Source of the DNA: the human T2T-CHM13v2.0 reference genome, Homo sapiens
Assembly (NCBI RefSeq): GCF_009914755.1
Contig: NC_060935.1
DNA length: 64,000 bases
Strand: one strand, 5' to 3'
The translations under genes and the position numbers were made by a program. The notes under the pieces were generated by a model. It searched no databases. It was given only the letters and a program-made list of their open reading frames with translations, and had not been told where the DNA came from. Positions 1 to 17,764 of this stretch are shown here, piece after piece (the stretch's first letter is position 1; every line of letters begins with the position of its first letter).

Positions 1-4644
<4,644 letters not shown>

Positions 4645-6350
4645 TGAGGGTGTGGTTTTGAGGGTGAGAGGGTTACCTAGCTTTTTCATGTATCCCGTGT
4701 TTTTAGGTTGGTTTCTGCATACCTGATGTAACAGTTCTTTTTATTTTTGAATTTACTTTACTTAGGGGAGAACTTTTTTCTTAAAGATGTGACAACTCTG
4801 TTGATTGGGTGTAGACTTCTGGCTTTACTCCTGGGTGTATGCAACAGTGAAGATGCTGTATGATATTTGGCTAGCCTCAGTGTGTTAGGGTACAGTTATT
4901 TATGGGAGTAGTGGTGAACTTGTGCTCCAGTTTGAATACCAGATTCATCCATCTTCAGATTAAGCGATGGTGAATTAAGCAAGTCTATCCTTGTGATGTG
5001 GGGAAGCATATGCTAACACCTGTGTTGGTGGATCCAGGAAGATCAATTCTGTGGCCTCTGAATGATGTTTCTTGATGCTGGTTGTAATAGCAGTGTACTG
5101 GGTAAGGGAGTGGGTTATTTTGCTCCTGGGTTGCTTGGGTATAGTGGGTGATGGTGGTGGCAGTCAGTGGTAGTAAGATGTCCTTCTAGTTTCCACACAC
5201 TGTACTTTTTTATTGGAAGTGGTTGAAATGGACTGCTCAAGCCAGCCTCCAGGCCAATAGATGACAGTTGCAAGTTGGAGCCAGCCAAGCTGGTAGCAGT
5301 ATTCCAAAATTGTGCCCTGGGAAAAGTACTCAGGTGTCTCAAGTGGTGGACTGAGCTGTGAAACATCCAGAAGCCTAGATCCTACAATCTCAGGGGGTAT
5401 TAAAACTGGGTGGACCCAGACCAGGCAATCTTGCTCTGAGGTTCCCTAACAGGGTGTGCATGCACCAGCTGTGACTAGGGAGTGGGATGGTCCTCAGTCA
5501 TCTGGTGAAATGCTTGGGTGAAAGGTGATCACTGTTGTGTTGATGTTCTGCCACTGGGAGATGGTGCTGGTCCCCGTAATTACTGCTTTGACCAGTGAGT
5601 TGGGGGCTTGTGCCCTCTCATGCCCCAGTCCCAAAAGGGCCTCTTCCCCTGTCCTGGCTGTGGTAGCTGACCCAGATGTTTAGTCAGTCCCAGCAGTTCT
5701 CACTCACCCTGTAATTCAACCCCAAGCCATAGGAGCTGCTGTGAGCTCAGTACCAAGTCTCTACATCAATTCTTATCCTGCTCATGTCTGAGATATTTGC
5801 CCAGTTCCAGAACCAGCAGCTGAAGTTCTTGCCATGCTTGGTTCTCAGTTCTGGTTGTGAGAGCACTTTCCCACTCAAGCGGTGGTTCCCCAAGCTACAG
5901 TCCAAGTCTCCCTAATGCTGAAGACTGCTGTTTTTGGTTCCCAGGATCATGCACAATTTTTTTAAGAGATAGGATCAAAAATGGTGCCTTACTGTGGCTG
6001 CATAAGTCTGAGGAAGAGAGAGACACTCCCTGCAGTAGTTCCTTCTCACAATATCCCAGCTGCTCCCTAAGTTAGATTCAAGGATTTGGTGCGCCAAAGT
6101 GCTTGCCCATGTCCTGGATTGTATAGTTTCATCAGTGGGAAAATAGACCCACAGAAAAACATTCACTCACCCTCTCCCATACTGGAGATTCACTCCCAGT
6201 TTTTGACCAGTCCTGGCCATGCAGGCTGCCTGTTTCACTTCTGTTGAACTCCCATGTTCCTTCTTGGATAATATATTTATGTTGTCATTGTTATTTTGGT
6301 TCTCCAAGATAGGTGAGGCATGCTGAAAATGCTTCTAATAAGCCATCATT
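4645..6350 (-). mobile_element. Older L1 (L1M/L1MA-type) 5' region into which the L1PA element inserted
   Basis: Ends in CTTCTAATAAGCCATC (6332-6347), resembling the reverse complement of an old L1 start AAGATGGCTGACTAGAAG; GC-richer degenerate 5' UTR-like sequence. Confidence 0.55.
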
Positions 6351-6544
6351 TGACCCAACAATTTTTCTTCTGAGACTCTATATGAAGACGATTATACATG
6401 TACATAAGGATGTGTGCATAGGTATTTTCATTGTGTTAATGCCTTTTAGAGGTCTCTCAAATAATCTTGTTACTTCACTTAAATTCAAAAATCAAGTTTA
6501 GATTCTGTGGAGCTGAAATGCTTACTAGCTGCCTCCTCATTGGC

Positions 6545-7860
6545 TCTATGGTCATCTAATTTTTTACAAGGGCACCAAAAGGTACAATGAGGAAAGGACG
6601 GTCTCTTTAATAAATAGTGCTGAGAGAACCAGATTTTCTCATGCAAAACATGAATTTGGACCTCTATGTTACATCATATACAAAAATCAATTGAAAATGG
6701 ATTAAAGACCTAGATGTAAGACCTGAAACTCTTATAAGAAAATATAGGGGAAAAGCTCTTTGACATTGGCCTTTGCAATTATTTTTCTGAATAGCAAACC
6801 AAAAGCTCAAAATACAAAAGCAAAAAGAAACAAATGGAACTACATCAAACTAAAAAGCTTCTGCACAGCAAAAGAAGCAGTCAACAAAATTAAAAAGCAA
6901 CCCATAAATTGGGGGAAAATGTTGCAAACTATATAGCATATAAGAGTTAATACCTAATATTTATAAGTCATAATATTTAATAGCAAAAAAAAAATACAAC
7001 CTGATTTTTAAAATGGACATAAGACCTGAGTATACATTTATCCAAAGAAAATAAAAATGGCCAACAGGTATATGAAAAGGCGTTCATCATCACTGATCAT
7101 CAGAGAAATGCACATCAGAACCACAATGAGATACCATCTCACACCAGTCAGAAAAATGGCTACTAGTAAAAAGTAAAAAAAATAACAGATGCTGGCAAGG
7201 TTGCAGAGAAAATGGAGCACTTATACACTGTTGGTGGGAGCATACATTGGTTTAACCATTATGGAAAGCAGTATGGTGATTCCCCAAAGAGCTGAAAACA
7301 GAACTACCATTTGACCCAGCAATCCCATTACTGAGTATATCCTTAGAGGAACATAAGTCATTCTACCATAAAGACACATGCACACGAATGTTCATTGCAG
7401 CACTACTCGCAATAGCAAAGACATGAAATCTAAATGCCCATCAAAGACAGACTGGATAAAGAAAATGTGGTACATATACACCATGGAATACTATGTAACC
7501 ATGAAAAAAGAATGAGATTATGGCTTTTGTGGGAACATGGATGAAGCTGGAGGCCATTATGTTTAGCAAAGTAACACAGAAAGAGAAAACCAAATGCCAC
7601 ATGTTCTCACCTATAAGTGGGAGCTAAATGATGAGAATTCATGAACACTAACAAGGGAACAACAGACACCAGGTCCTAATGAGGGTGTAGGGTGAGAGGA
7701 AGGAGAGGAACAGAAAAAATAACTATTGGGTACCAGGTTTAGTATCTGGGTGACAAAATAATCTATACAACACACCCCCATGACATGAGTTTACCTATGT
7801 AACAAACCTGCACATGTTCTCTGAACCTAAAATAAAAGTTAAAAAAGAAAAGAAAATAAA
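6545..7860 (+). mobile_element. Old L1 3' fragment(s): L1MA-like ORF2 end followed by L1PA15/16-like 3' UTR and A tail
   Basis: Typical L1 3' sequence (CCACAATGAGATACCATCTCACACC; TAAAATAAAAGTTAAAAAA at 7828-7846). Confidence 0.85.
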
Positions 7861-8199
7861 TGAAGAAAACACAGTATGGCATCCTAAGTTCTTGTCATTT
7901 CTCTACACATAATATTTACCAGCCGTTTGTCCTCAAAAACATAATCACCTTTTAAGGTTTAATCTACCCGGGTTCTCATCATGGAAACTGACTTTTTAAA
8001 CTGTATTCAATCTCAGTGACACTGTCTCAAACAGATCACTTGGTGGTGGCTGACTACAATGGCACCAGAAATCCAGGAAGTAAAGTTTGTACTTCTTCTC
8101 TCTACCTAGCTATTCTTGTGACATACAAAGAGTCACTTACATATTCTTGTTTCTATCTTCGTTATAGAAATAACAATATCTACCCAAATGTTGTTCTTA

Positions 8200-9159
8200 C
8201 TAATGTAAATATGTTGCTCCATTTGTCACCCTCTTGAGGGCCTCTTTGATTTCCTTGTTCCTCAAACTATAGATCAGAGTGTTTAACATGGGGATAAGTA
8301 TAACATAGAACACTGAGAGCACCTTGTCCTACTTCATGGAGTGGCTAGAGCTAGGATGCATGTACACAGAAAGGGCTGTGCCATAGAAGAGAGCCACAGC
8401 TGCCAGGTGGGAGGCACAGGTATTGAAGGCCTTGGCACAACATTTGGTTGATGATATTTTCAGTATGGAAGCTACAATGAAACCATAAGACAAAAGGATA
8501 ACAAGCAAAGAGCCCAACCCAACAAAAATAGCTTCCAGAAAAAGAATCATTTGGCTGATAAAGGGGTTGGAGCAAGACAAGGAAATAATCTGAAGTGTGT
8601 TACAGAAGAAATGTTGAATGATATTTGGCCCACAGTAGTAGAGATTAAAGCAAGGGACTGTATGAACTAAGCTACTAAGGAATCCACCCCCACAGACTCC
8701 AGCTACCATCTTCCAACAGATACTAGGGACCATGATTGCTGAGTACTGCAGGGGGCTGCCAATGGCCACATATCTGTCACAGGCCATGATGACCAAGAGG
8801 CAGCACTCAGCCAGACTCATCCAGGCCCCAAGAAAATACTGAGTGGCACAGGCAAGGAAGGAAATTGTCTTCTTATCTTTTAAGAAGTCTGAAAGCATCC
8901 TTGGGCTGATGGTAGAAGAATAGCAGATGTCTGTAAATGAGAGGAAACTGAGAAAAAAGTACATGGGTGTGTTCAGGTGAGAGTCTATTCTGATGAGGAT
9001 GATAAGACCCATGTTCCAAATCAGGGTCACAAGGTAGATCACCAGGAAGACTGGAAAGAGGATGAGCTGCAGCTCTTTTTCATCTGAGAGTCCTAGGAGA
9101 ACAAACATGGCCACAGAGGTGTGGTTCCCACTCACTTCCATGGATCTGCTTGGTGCCAT
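8200..9159 (-). pseudogene. OR5BB1P: Olfactory receptor family 5 pseudogene, 319 codons with one premature TAG (8329-8331)
   Basis: Motifs LNTPMYFFL, MACDRYVAI, KAFNTCASH; after the TAG the frame continues [42 protein letters not shown] to TAG at 8200-8202; symbol assigned from remembered gene order next to OR5A2. Confidence 0.85.
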
Positions 9160-9185
9160 CTGCTGAGAAAAAGGAATGAGAAGGA
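9160..9185 (-). promoter_or_regulatory. Splice acceptor (NAGNAG) immediately before the pseudogene ATG
   Basis: Minus strand reads ctcattcctttttct-CAG-CAG-ATG. Confidence 0.65.
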
Positions 9186-9483
9186 AATGGGTTTATTCCC
9201 AGAAAAGAAAAAGAAACACTATTATTTTCAGTCATGAAGCTGGCTAAATATAAAACCTTGAATCATCAATGTTGAGTTAATTTGTGTCTTTCATATATAC
9301 AATCATGAAACTTTACTGAAAATTTTTTAGATAACTATCGTGCTGTCTTTGGGGACAAAGACAGTAAATAAGCATAATTAGTATGATACCACCTAAAATG
9401 TCTTAATTTCTTGTGTTACTGTTTTACAAATACATGGGATTTGAAGATATGCTAAATTAAGAAAATTCTGTCATTTCTCTGTA

Positions 9484-12382
9484 CAGTTGACCCTTGAACA
9501 ACATGGATTTGAACTATGCAGCTCCACTTATACATGAATTTCTTTTCAATAAGTACAGTGGAAAATATTTTAGAGATCTGTAACAATTTGAGAACAATTC
9601 ACAAATAAACTACATAACCTAGAAATATCAAAAATATTAAGACAAAGTTAGGTATGTCACAACCACACAAAATATATACAGATATTAGTCTATTTTATCA
9701 TTTGTTATCACAAAATATACAAAGATCTATTATAAAAAGTTAATTTCTAAAATATTTATAATGAATAGAAATTTATTGGCTTACAGTTCTGGAGGCTGGG
9801 AATTCTAAGATCAAGGGGCTAACATCTAGCAAGGGCCTTCTTGCTGTGTCATACCATGACAGAAGGGCAAAAAGAGGGCAAGAGAGAGAGTAAAAGAGGG
9901 TCAACTTCCCCCTTTTATAATGAACTCTCTCCCTTTATAATGGCATTAATCCATTCTCTCCACCTTCATAGCCTAATCACATTTCATTGGGCCTCATCTC
10001 CTAACACTGTTGTAAAAAGTTAAAATTTATCAAAACTTACATACACAGACACTTAACCATTCATGGTGCCATTCACAAATGAGAGAAATATAAACAAACA
10101 TAAAGATTCTATATTAAATCATAACTGCATATCATTAACTGTGGTATATACTGTACTGCTGTAATAATGTTGAAACTACCTCCTGTTGCTATTGCAGTGA
10201 GCTCAAGAGTTGAAATTATCTGCTTAAAGTGCTTTGCGAGGCTAATTATCCTCATGTGGGAAATTCATCTCTCCAAAAAAATGTGTACAGCAGTAAAAAG
10301 TTATCTCTCATGGTTCTCAGATATTTTTCATTGTGCTTAGTACAGTATCATAAACCTTGAATAACACCATGGAACCAATACAAAGTGCTACTAGTGATGC
10401 TGGAAGTGCTCCCAAGAAGCAGAAAAATAGTCACAACATCACAAGAAAAAGTTGAATTGTTTGATATATAACACAGATTGAGGTCTGCAGCTACAGTTGC
10501 CTGCCATTATAAGATAAGTGAATCCAGCACAAGGACCACTTTGAACAAAAGAAAAGGAAATTCATGAAGCTGTCACTGCAGCTACTCCAGCAGGTACAAA
10601 ACCCTTATACTTTCTGGGAAATAGCTTTTTATCTCATACTGAAAATGCAACTTTTATGTGGGTGCAGGATTGCTATACAAAAGGCATACCTGTAGACTCT
10701 AATATTATTCCAGAAAAACTGAAGTCATTATATGACAGCTTAAAACCAAAGAAAGGTAAAGAATCTAAAGCTGGAGAATTTAATGCTAGTAAAGAATGAC
10801 TGGATAATTTTCAAAAGAGGTTTGGCTTTTAAAATGTCAAGATAACAGGAAAAGCAACTTCTTCTGACCAAGAGAAGCAGATGAATTCCCAGACACCATT
10901 AAGAAAAAAATCATTAAACAGAAAAGATATCTGCCTGAAGAGATTTTTGATGAAGACAAAAGTGCCCTATTCTGGGGCATTGGAGAATGCCACGAAGGAC
11001 ATTTATTAATACAGAAGAGAAGCAAGTATCAGGATAGGCTAACTTGACTGTTTTGTGCAAATGCAGTTGAGTTTATGATTAGGACTGCCTTTATCTATAA
11101 AGCTGCTAACTCCCAAGCCTCAAAGGGAAAGGATAAACACCAGCTGCCAGTCTTTCAGTTGTACAACAAGAAGGTGTGGATAATGGGAATGCTTTTTCTG
11201 GATTAGTTCCAGAATGGATGCTTTGTGAAGTCAGGAAGTACCTTGCCAGTAAGGGACTTCCTTTAAAAAAAGTATTTTGATATTGGACAATGCCCCTGAC
11301 AACCCAGAACCCCATGAGTTCAACACCAAAAGCATCAAAGTGGTCTACTTGCATTCAAAAACAATGTCTCTAATTTAGCCTCTAGATCAGGGGGTCACAG
11401 TGACCTTTAAGTCTCATTACACATGATACTCTATGAAAAGATTGTCAACACTATGGAAAAGGGTGCTAACAGAGAGGACATTATAAAAGTCTGGAAGAAT
11501 TACATCATTGAAGATGCTGTCACTGTTACAGAAAAAAACTGTGGAAGCCATCAGGCCCCAAACAATACATTCCTGCTGGAGAAAACAGTGTCCAGCCATT
11601 GTGCTTTACTTCACAGGATTTATGACAGAGCCAACCAAGAAAATCATGAAAGAGATTGTGGGCATCTAATAATAGTGAGGGGGGTTTCAAGATATGGATC
11701 TCAGAGAAATTCAAAAGTTAGTGAACACAACATCAGAGGAATTAACAGAAAACAGCTTGATGGAGATGAGTGCTTCCAGACAAGTGCCAGATAATGAAGA
11801 AGAAGACATAGAAGAAGCATTGCCAGAAGACATATTGGCATTAGACAATAGGAAAGAAGGATTCCAGTTACTCATGACTGCTTTTGACTTCTTTTATGAC
11901 ATGGACCCTTCTATGATACAAGCACTGAAACTAAAGCAAATGGTATAGGGTTTGACACCATATAGAAACATTTTTAGAGAAATGAAGAGGGGAAAAAGTC
12001 AGACAGAAATTATGATTTGTTTTCATAAAGTTACACTGAGTGAGCCTGTCAATCCTGTCTCCCCCTCCATTTCCTCCACCTCTTCTACTTCTGCTACCCC
12101 TGAGACAGCAAGTCCAATCCCTCCTCTTACTCTTCCTCCTCAGCCTACACAAGCCAGTATTTCTAAACACCCCTATGCAACATGAAGACAATGAGGATGA
12201 AGGTCATTATGAGGATCTATTTCCACCCAATGAATAGTAAATACTTTATTTTCCTTACGAGTTTCTTAATAACATTTTCCTCTAGCTTATTTTTGTTGTA
12301 AAAATACAGTATAAAATACATGTAATATTTAAAATGTGTTGACTACTTATATTATTGGTAAGGCTTCCAGTTAACAGTAGGC
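9484..12382 (+). mobile_element. Tigger2 (pogo/TcMar) DNA transposon, near full length, right TIR lost, transposase relic about 10369-12240
   Basis: TA + CAGTTGACCCTTGAACAAC left TIR; decayed catalytic motifs (SALFW about 10962, ILDNAP about 11281, PLDQGV about 11379); ends at GGTAAGGCTTCCAGTTAACAGTAGGC before the terminal segment. Confidence 0.85.
9744..10012 (-). mobile_element. Internal fragment of a MaLR LTR (MSTC/MSTD-like) nested in Tigger2
   Basis: ACAGTTCTGGAGGCTGGGAATTCTAAGATCAAGG ... CCTAACACTGTTG; flanked by TAAAAAGTTAA at 9733-9743 and 10013-10023. Confidence 0.8.
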
Positions 12383-14459
12383 CAGTTCAGGGAAAGCAAA
12401 GCATTAAGTCTTCAGCCAAATGGTAAATAACCAATAGAATTTTTTGCCTCAGGCACTGTATGCTCTCTTCACGATTCTATAGCTATCATTCTTTCTAGAT
12501 CATTAGAACATCCCCCAACCAAAACACATGTTTATTCAAATGTATTCACGTTAGAAAGAAAGTCATGGGGAACCTTGACGGCAGAAAATAGCTGTCAAAT
12601 ATAGCCTGGGAGTTGTGTCTAAGGGTAGAAGTCGAAATCTCAAACATTTCCATTGCTGTGATATTAATGGAATAAACTGTGTATGAACTACAAGTATTTG
12701 TCAACATTAGCCATCCAAAATCTCTTCCTTCTCCCTAACCATTTTCCAGTCTCCTAGTTCCAAAAAGGAAAAGAAAATCTCCACAGAAGCATCACACTAT
12801 TCTTAGAGAAGCACACTCTAAGTGATTTTTTTCCCAAAATGAGATCAGTCATGGCTTCCTGTTGCACTGCATTGAAAAAAATTTTCAAGAAATGAGGTGT
12901 TTAATTGGAAAAGAACATTTATATGTTTGTCATTAATATGAAAGGGGAGGATGGTAGCAGACAGACAACGCATTTGGCATCCCAGACTTAGGGGTTGCTC
13001 TGTCCACAGTAAGACTGAATAGAGAAAGAATCTTGTGGGAAGAGAACAGAAAGTTGTATTCATTACCTTTTTCATCATCGTCGTCACCAACAGAAGAACA
13101 AAGATTTATTGCGTAGCTACAATACATACCGATCTTCTCCTTGTAACTATAAAGATATGTACAATTTTCTCTAATTTATGCTCATTCAATATAAGAACCT
13201 TAAATCTGGTATACTATTTACTAAGCACAATATTTGTGTTCTGAAAATTGCCTCTATATTTCTACCATATGTCTCTGGAATCCCAGGTAGATGTTTGTTG
13301 GATCTTCTTGCTCTACCCTCCACATCAATAAAACATTCATTATTTATATTTCTCCACTGTGTTCTGTTTTCTTTTTACAGATTTTTTTAATAAATTAATT
13401 TTATGATAAATTATATTAATTGGTTGTTTGATACATTCATTGTGTTTCATATTTCAATCATAATATGTTGTTTTCTTTTCTACAAGTTCTATTTTGTTCT
13501 TTTCCAAATAGTCAATTTATTGTTCTTTAATCACACTTTCAATAGCACTCTTTAAACATATTAAACATAATTATTAAATTATTACATAATAACTTAAATA
13601 CCTAGTTTGGTGTTATTGCTGACTCGTATTCAAGATGTGAGCTATTTACTTGTGTGTTTAGTGAATTTTAATCAGAAGTTCATGTTACTTTAAATTTATC
13701 TGCAGAAACCATTGAGGCTTGAGTATAACATGTGTTCCTCCAGAAATGATTTCTATTACTTCTGTCAGGTACCTTGGGGATGATACCAACCCAGAATCCA
13801 TATAAGCAATAATTTTGACTTGGGGGTTTCTCGGGGCCACAAAAGTCATAAGATTTAGGCTACATAGCTAAGTAAGCAGGAGTTTGAGGCTAAAAATCAT
13901 CAGGGGAAACCTTTTCTCTTCCTCCAAAACTAAGGCTGAGAGAATTATGCATATCACGGTTTCACTTTGTGGGATCAGGTTTTTCTATTTTGCCCTGAGA
14001 GAATGGTACCCTTTGGGAGGCCCTGTTTCAGTGTCATGAGGATTGTCTCTTACCCAACCTCCTTCACTGTCTTTTTCTCCTACCCTTTATACAGGCCCAT
14101 TAAACTCAGCCTTAGGCCACCAGGGTTTAGTAGATCCCTCCTAGGAAAATGCTGGCCCCAGCCTACTATCTTCTTAGGTTTTTGCTTTCTTATTATCTCT
14201 GTACCTTTAGGAATTTATGTTCTTTCTCACTGGCTAAGCCATGGAAAAAATGTGTTTTAGATTTTATCTAGCGTTCTTAGTAGTTTCTGTGAATGTATAA
14301 CCCACTCTATTCCCAGAAACATGTCTACAAACAATATTTTTATGAAAACCTTGGTAACTTCAACTTATCACTGGCCAGTTTTTCTAAAAGCCCCAAGCTC
14401 TTTGATTTTCTTATATTTTTTTTCCTAATATGGCTAAATTTTCCTTAAAAGCAAGGCAC

Positions 14460-14700
14460 GATAGATAGTTAATGTTACTGAGGGCATACTCTATCCCAGG
14501 TGCTATTATAATTCCTTTTATGATTTGTCTCATTTTAATTTGTCCAACAGCCCCATGAGATCTGTGCTCTTGTAATTCTCATTTTGTAGAGAAGGAGACT
14601 GTGACAGGTCCAAAATGGTAAATATAGCCCCAAATCAGACAAATCAGAACTGGGATTCAAATCCAGGCAATCCAGCTCCAGAGCATCTTAACAGACTGCA
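14460..14700. mobile_element. MIR SINE
   Basis: MIR core-like CTCATTTTGTAGAGAAGGAGACTG ... GAACTGGGATTCAAATCCAGG. Confidence 0.65.
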
Positions 14701-16301
14701 ATCCACCGCCTCACTAAAACATCAGTGCATTGATTGATTAAATGCATTAATTGATCCATTAATCTTATTTCTAACCACCACGGAGTGTAAAGCACTATAC
14801 TTTGGATGAGGCAAAAGATTTCATAAGCGGCCTACAGCCCAGTGAGTTGAGAATTGTGTCCATGGAGGCATACTGCCAGCAAGAGATGATTTGTGGCATG
14901 AAAAAGACAGAGATAAGAACCTGTGGGTAAACACCTGCTGGATATAGGCAGGAAGTTAAGGAGCCAGAGAAAGCTCCTGCATATACTTTATGAGGATTTC
15001 CCATGGTCTCTACAATGGCAGAGCCTATTTTGGAGAAGTTATTGTACAAATGGACAGGGCAATGACAACATAATTGAATGTGCGATCAATAACACAATCA
15101 CTATATCACTTCACATAGATATTATTTCAGGAAATGAACAGAGAAGTGGTAATGCTGACTGCTTGCCAAGGAAGTGAGAGAAACTGGAAAAGAATGTATC
15201 TTCTTTCAGGAAGAAAAAATAATAAAGTATTAAAATGTTTGGCAAATTTTGCTGGTGTGAATGAGTAACAGGAAAATCTTGGGTTTTAGATGGTGACCAC
15301 TGCAAAGCTTCTGTCTACAGATACCTAAGAGATAAAATTACCACCTCTATGAAGATTTGCCACATTGCTTTTCTCATCCACCTTAGATTTTACCACTTCT
15401 AATTAAACCTTGCTTCTAGTCGCCTCTTATTTATCAAGGACCCCTAAGCTTTCTTTTTTTGTTTTGGAAAAAGTCTATTTTGGGATAAAATTTATCTCTG
15501 CTCTCTTTCTTTAGCTTTTTCTCATACCATTCCTCACATAATGTATTCCTCCTCCCCATGCTTACCTCCATTTAGCCTTGCTTAGCAAATTAAAAGAAAA
15601 AATTACAAGAAACATTAAAGAGTGGCTTCTTTGACATGCTTCTTTTCTTTGAGCCATCTCATCAGCAGCTCTTTCTAATATTCACTTAGTTGACTTTGAA
15701 AAAGTTCAACATGTCTGTTGGCTAGAAAACAAAATCTGAAGATTTTTGTCTCTATCAGGAACAATGTGGACAGGATTTGCCTCAAAAGACCGAGTATTAC
15801 ACTTATTCTTGACAACTGGTTCTCAAGAGTCTCCAAACTAATGACTAAGGTTTCTCCAGAACCTACCATCCTCATAAGAGCCACATTGGATCCACTCAAT
15901 TCAGTAATAATACCCTCCTTAGTCTTCTATAGACTGTTCAAATTTAACTTTTGAAATGGAGTGAATCAGATATTACAGGCCATTCAAAATAGCCCATAAT
16001 TCTTCTGGGCCTATGTTCTCTCATTTTTAGTACCAATCAAAGATCGGTACCCGTCAAAGATTTTTAGCCTCTCCCTCATCCCCCTACTTTGTACTAAAGT
16101 GTATTAACACAGCTTATATCTTTAAATAATCCTTCTATAGATTTGTTTCTCAGGCTAAAAGAGACGCCATGAAAGAGAACTTCTGGTGAAACTTCAAGGA
16201 CTTAATGAGACTTCAAGGACATTGATACAAGCTATTTGTAACTCAGAAATTCTACCTGGATCCTAGGCCCTTGACAGTCCTTAGAGAAGAGTCGGTAAGT
16301 G

Positions 16302-16690
16302 GCTCACCTAAGAGCTCTAAGAAAGGTTTCCTCTCTTGTGATCCATCTCCTTTTACTTTGTGGTGTAGCCAGATATTCAGAAATGGCCAATAGATATTTG
16401 ATTTCCAGCTCATCCAGAGAGAGATGAGCACATAGTCTATTGCTAGCAATGTTTCATTCACTCAACCTCCTTCAAAAATGATCCAGCTGTGGAAAAGGCC
16501 CTAAATGCTTATGAGCATTCTTCAATATATCTAAGAAAGGATCTGAGAGCACAACTCATTAACAAAGAAGGAGCAATTAAAAAGGTGCAAGCTGCAAATA
16601 ACCTCCCTCCTGGGTGATAGAAGGGAGCCCAACTCTATTAATTGGTCCCTTGCTTAGACTCTAAGCTCTCCCTTGAGGGTGTTAATTTTT
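16302..16690 (-). promoter_or_regulatory. Candidate promoter and first non-coding exon of the OR pseudogene
   Basis: Homeodomain sites (CTCATTAA 16555, CAATTAAAAAG 16574, TAATTG 16639), O/E site TCCCTTGAGG 16669-16678, minus-strand donor TAG|GTGAGC at 16308/16307. Confidence 0.45.
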
Positions 16691-17074
16691 TTACACATTT
16701 GGACACCAAGGGTCCCTCCTTACACCTTGAAAGAATCATGAGGCTGATTTAGAGGTCACTTTCAACCTTGTCATCCATAAACTAACTGTGTCACCATAGC
16801 ATAGGAACAATCTTTCATCAGAGACCTCTGTCTGGGAAAAATACCAGGAAGTAGCAAGCAAACTCTCAGCTATTCTGAGTCAGACTCTCTGCAGTGGATG
16901 GATTCTCAATTCTTTACTTTCTTATTCTGGACCAATTTTTTAATTTTTACATTGGACTCCCTGGATGGATCATATTCAAAAAGACCTTACAGAGATTTGG
17001 CGTAGGGAAGAAGAAACATAAACAGGTTAATTTTTCTCCCTCATAGCTCCAACAGCTTGGTTTAACTTCCCACA

Positions 17075-17285
17075 CAGAGGTGTCCAATCTTTTGGCTTCC
17101 CTGAGACACACTGAAAGAAGAATTGTCTTGGGCCACATATAAACTACACTAACAATAGATGATGAGCTAAGAAAACTCTCAAAAAAACTCATAATGTTTT
17201 AAGAAGTTTATTAATTTGAATTGGGCCACATTCAAAGCCATCCTGGGCTGCATGCTGCCCATGGGCCATGGGTTGGACAAGCTTA
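17075..17285 (+). mobile_element. MER30 non-autonomous hAT-Charlie element
   Basis: CAGAGGTGTCCAATCTTTTGGCTTCCC ... GGGTTGGACAAGCTT termini. Confidence 0.85.
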
Positions 17286-17358
17286 GAAGGAATAAAAGAG
17301 TAGCAGATGAAGAATGGGAGGGGAGAATGATTATACAAATAAAGGCAGAGATGAGGAG

Positions 17359-17744
17359 TGTTAAATCAAGTTTAGTCTAAAGCTGCCTCCTTGCATATTT
17401 TAAGTTTGGTCTAAAGGTTTTTCTGTGCATCATGAACTATAACAAGTGGAGGTGTAAATAGACCATAGCCTACACTTGTGCCAATCACCGAGTATTGGCC
17501 AATCAAATATAGTCAACTTTTCTAACCATGTTCAAATAAAGCAAATGCCAAGTTGTAACTAATCCAGCTGTTTCTGTACCTCATTTGTGTTTTCTGTATG
17601 TCACTTTCCTTTTTCTGTCCATAATTCTTTTTCCACCATGAGGCTGTGCTGAAGTCTCTGAGCCTACCCTGGCTCAAGAGGCTGCCTGATTTGTGCTCAA
17701 TTAAGCTCCTTTAAAGTTAATGCAGCTGAAATTTTCTTGTATTA
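17359..17744 (+). repeat. 5' LTR (MER57-like)
   Basis: TGTTAAATCAAGTTTAGTCTAAAGCTGCCTCC start, repeated CCAAT boxes, aligns with 26821-27219. Confidence 0.9.
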
Positions 17745-17746
17745 GA

Positions 17747-17764
17747 TGGTTTCAGTAGTGGGAT
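17747..17764 (+). other. Primer binding site, tRNA-Leu type
   Basis: TGGTTTCAGTAGTGGGAT, 16/18 match to TGGTGTCAGAAGTGGGAT (complement of the tRNA-Leu 3' end), 2 nt after the LTR. Confidence 0.8.

Noticed and set aside
11423-12237. Possible domesticated TIGD/CENP-B-like gene
   Set aside because: Multiple stops and frameshifts, and a TIR is present; this is a neutral Tigger2 fossil
13270-14320. Possible ancient L1ME/HAL1 fragments (also about 29750-31000)
   Set aside because: Similarity too weak to set boundaries or family by eye
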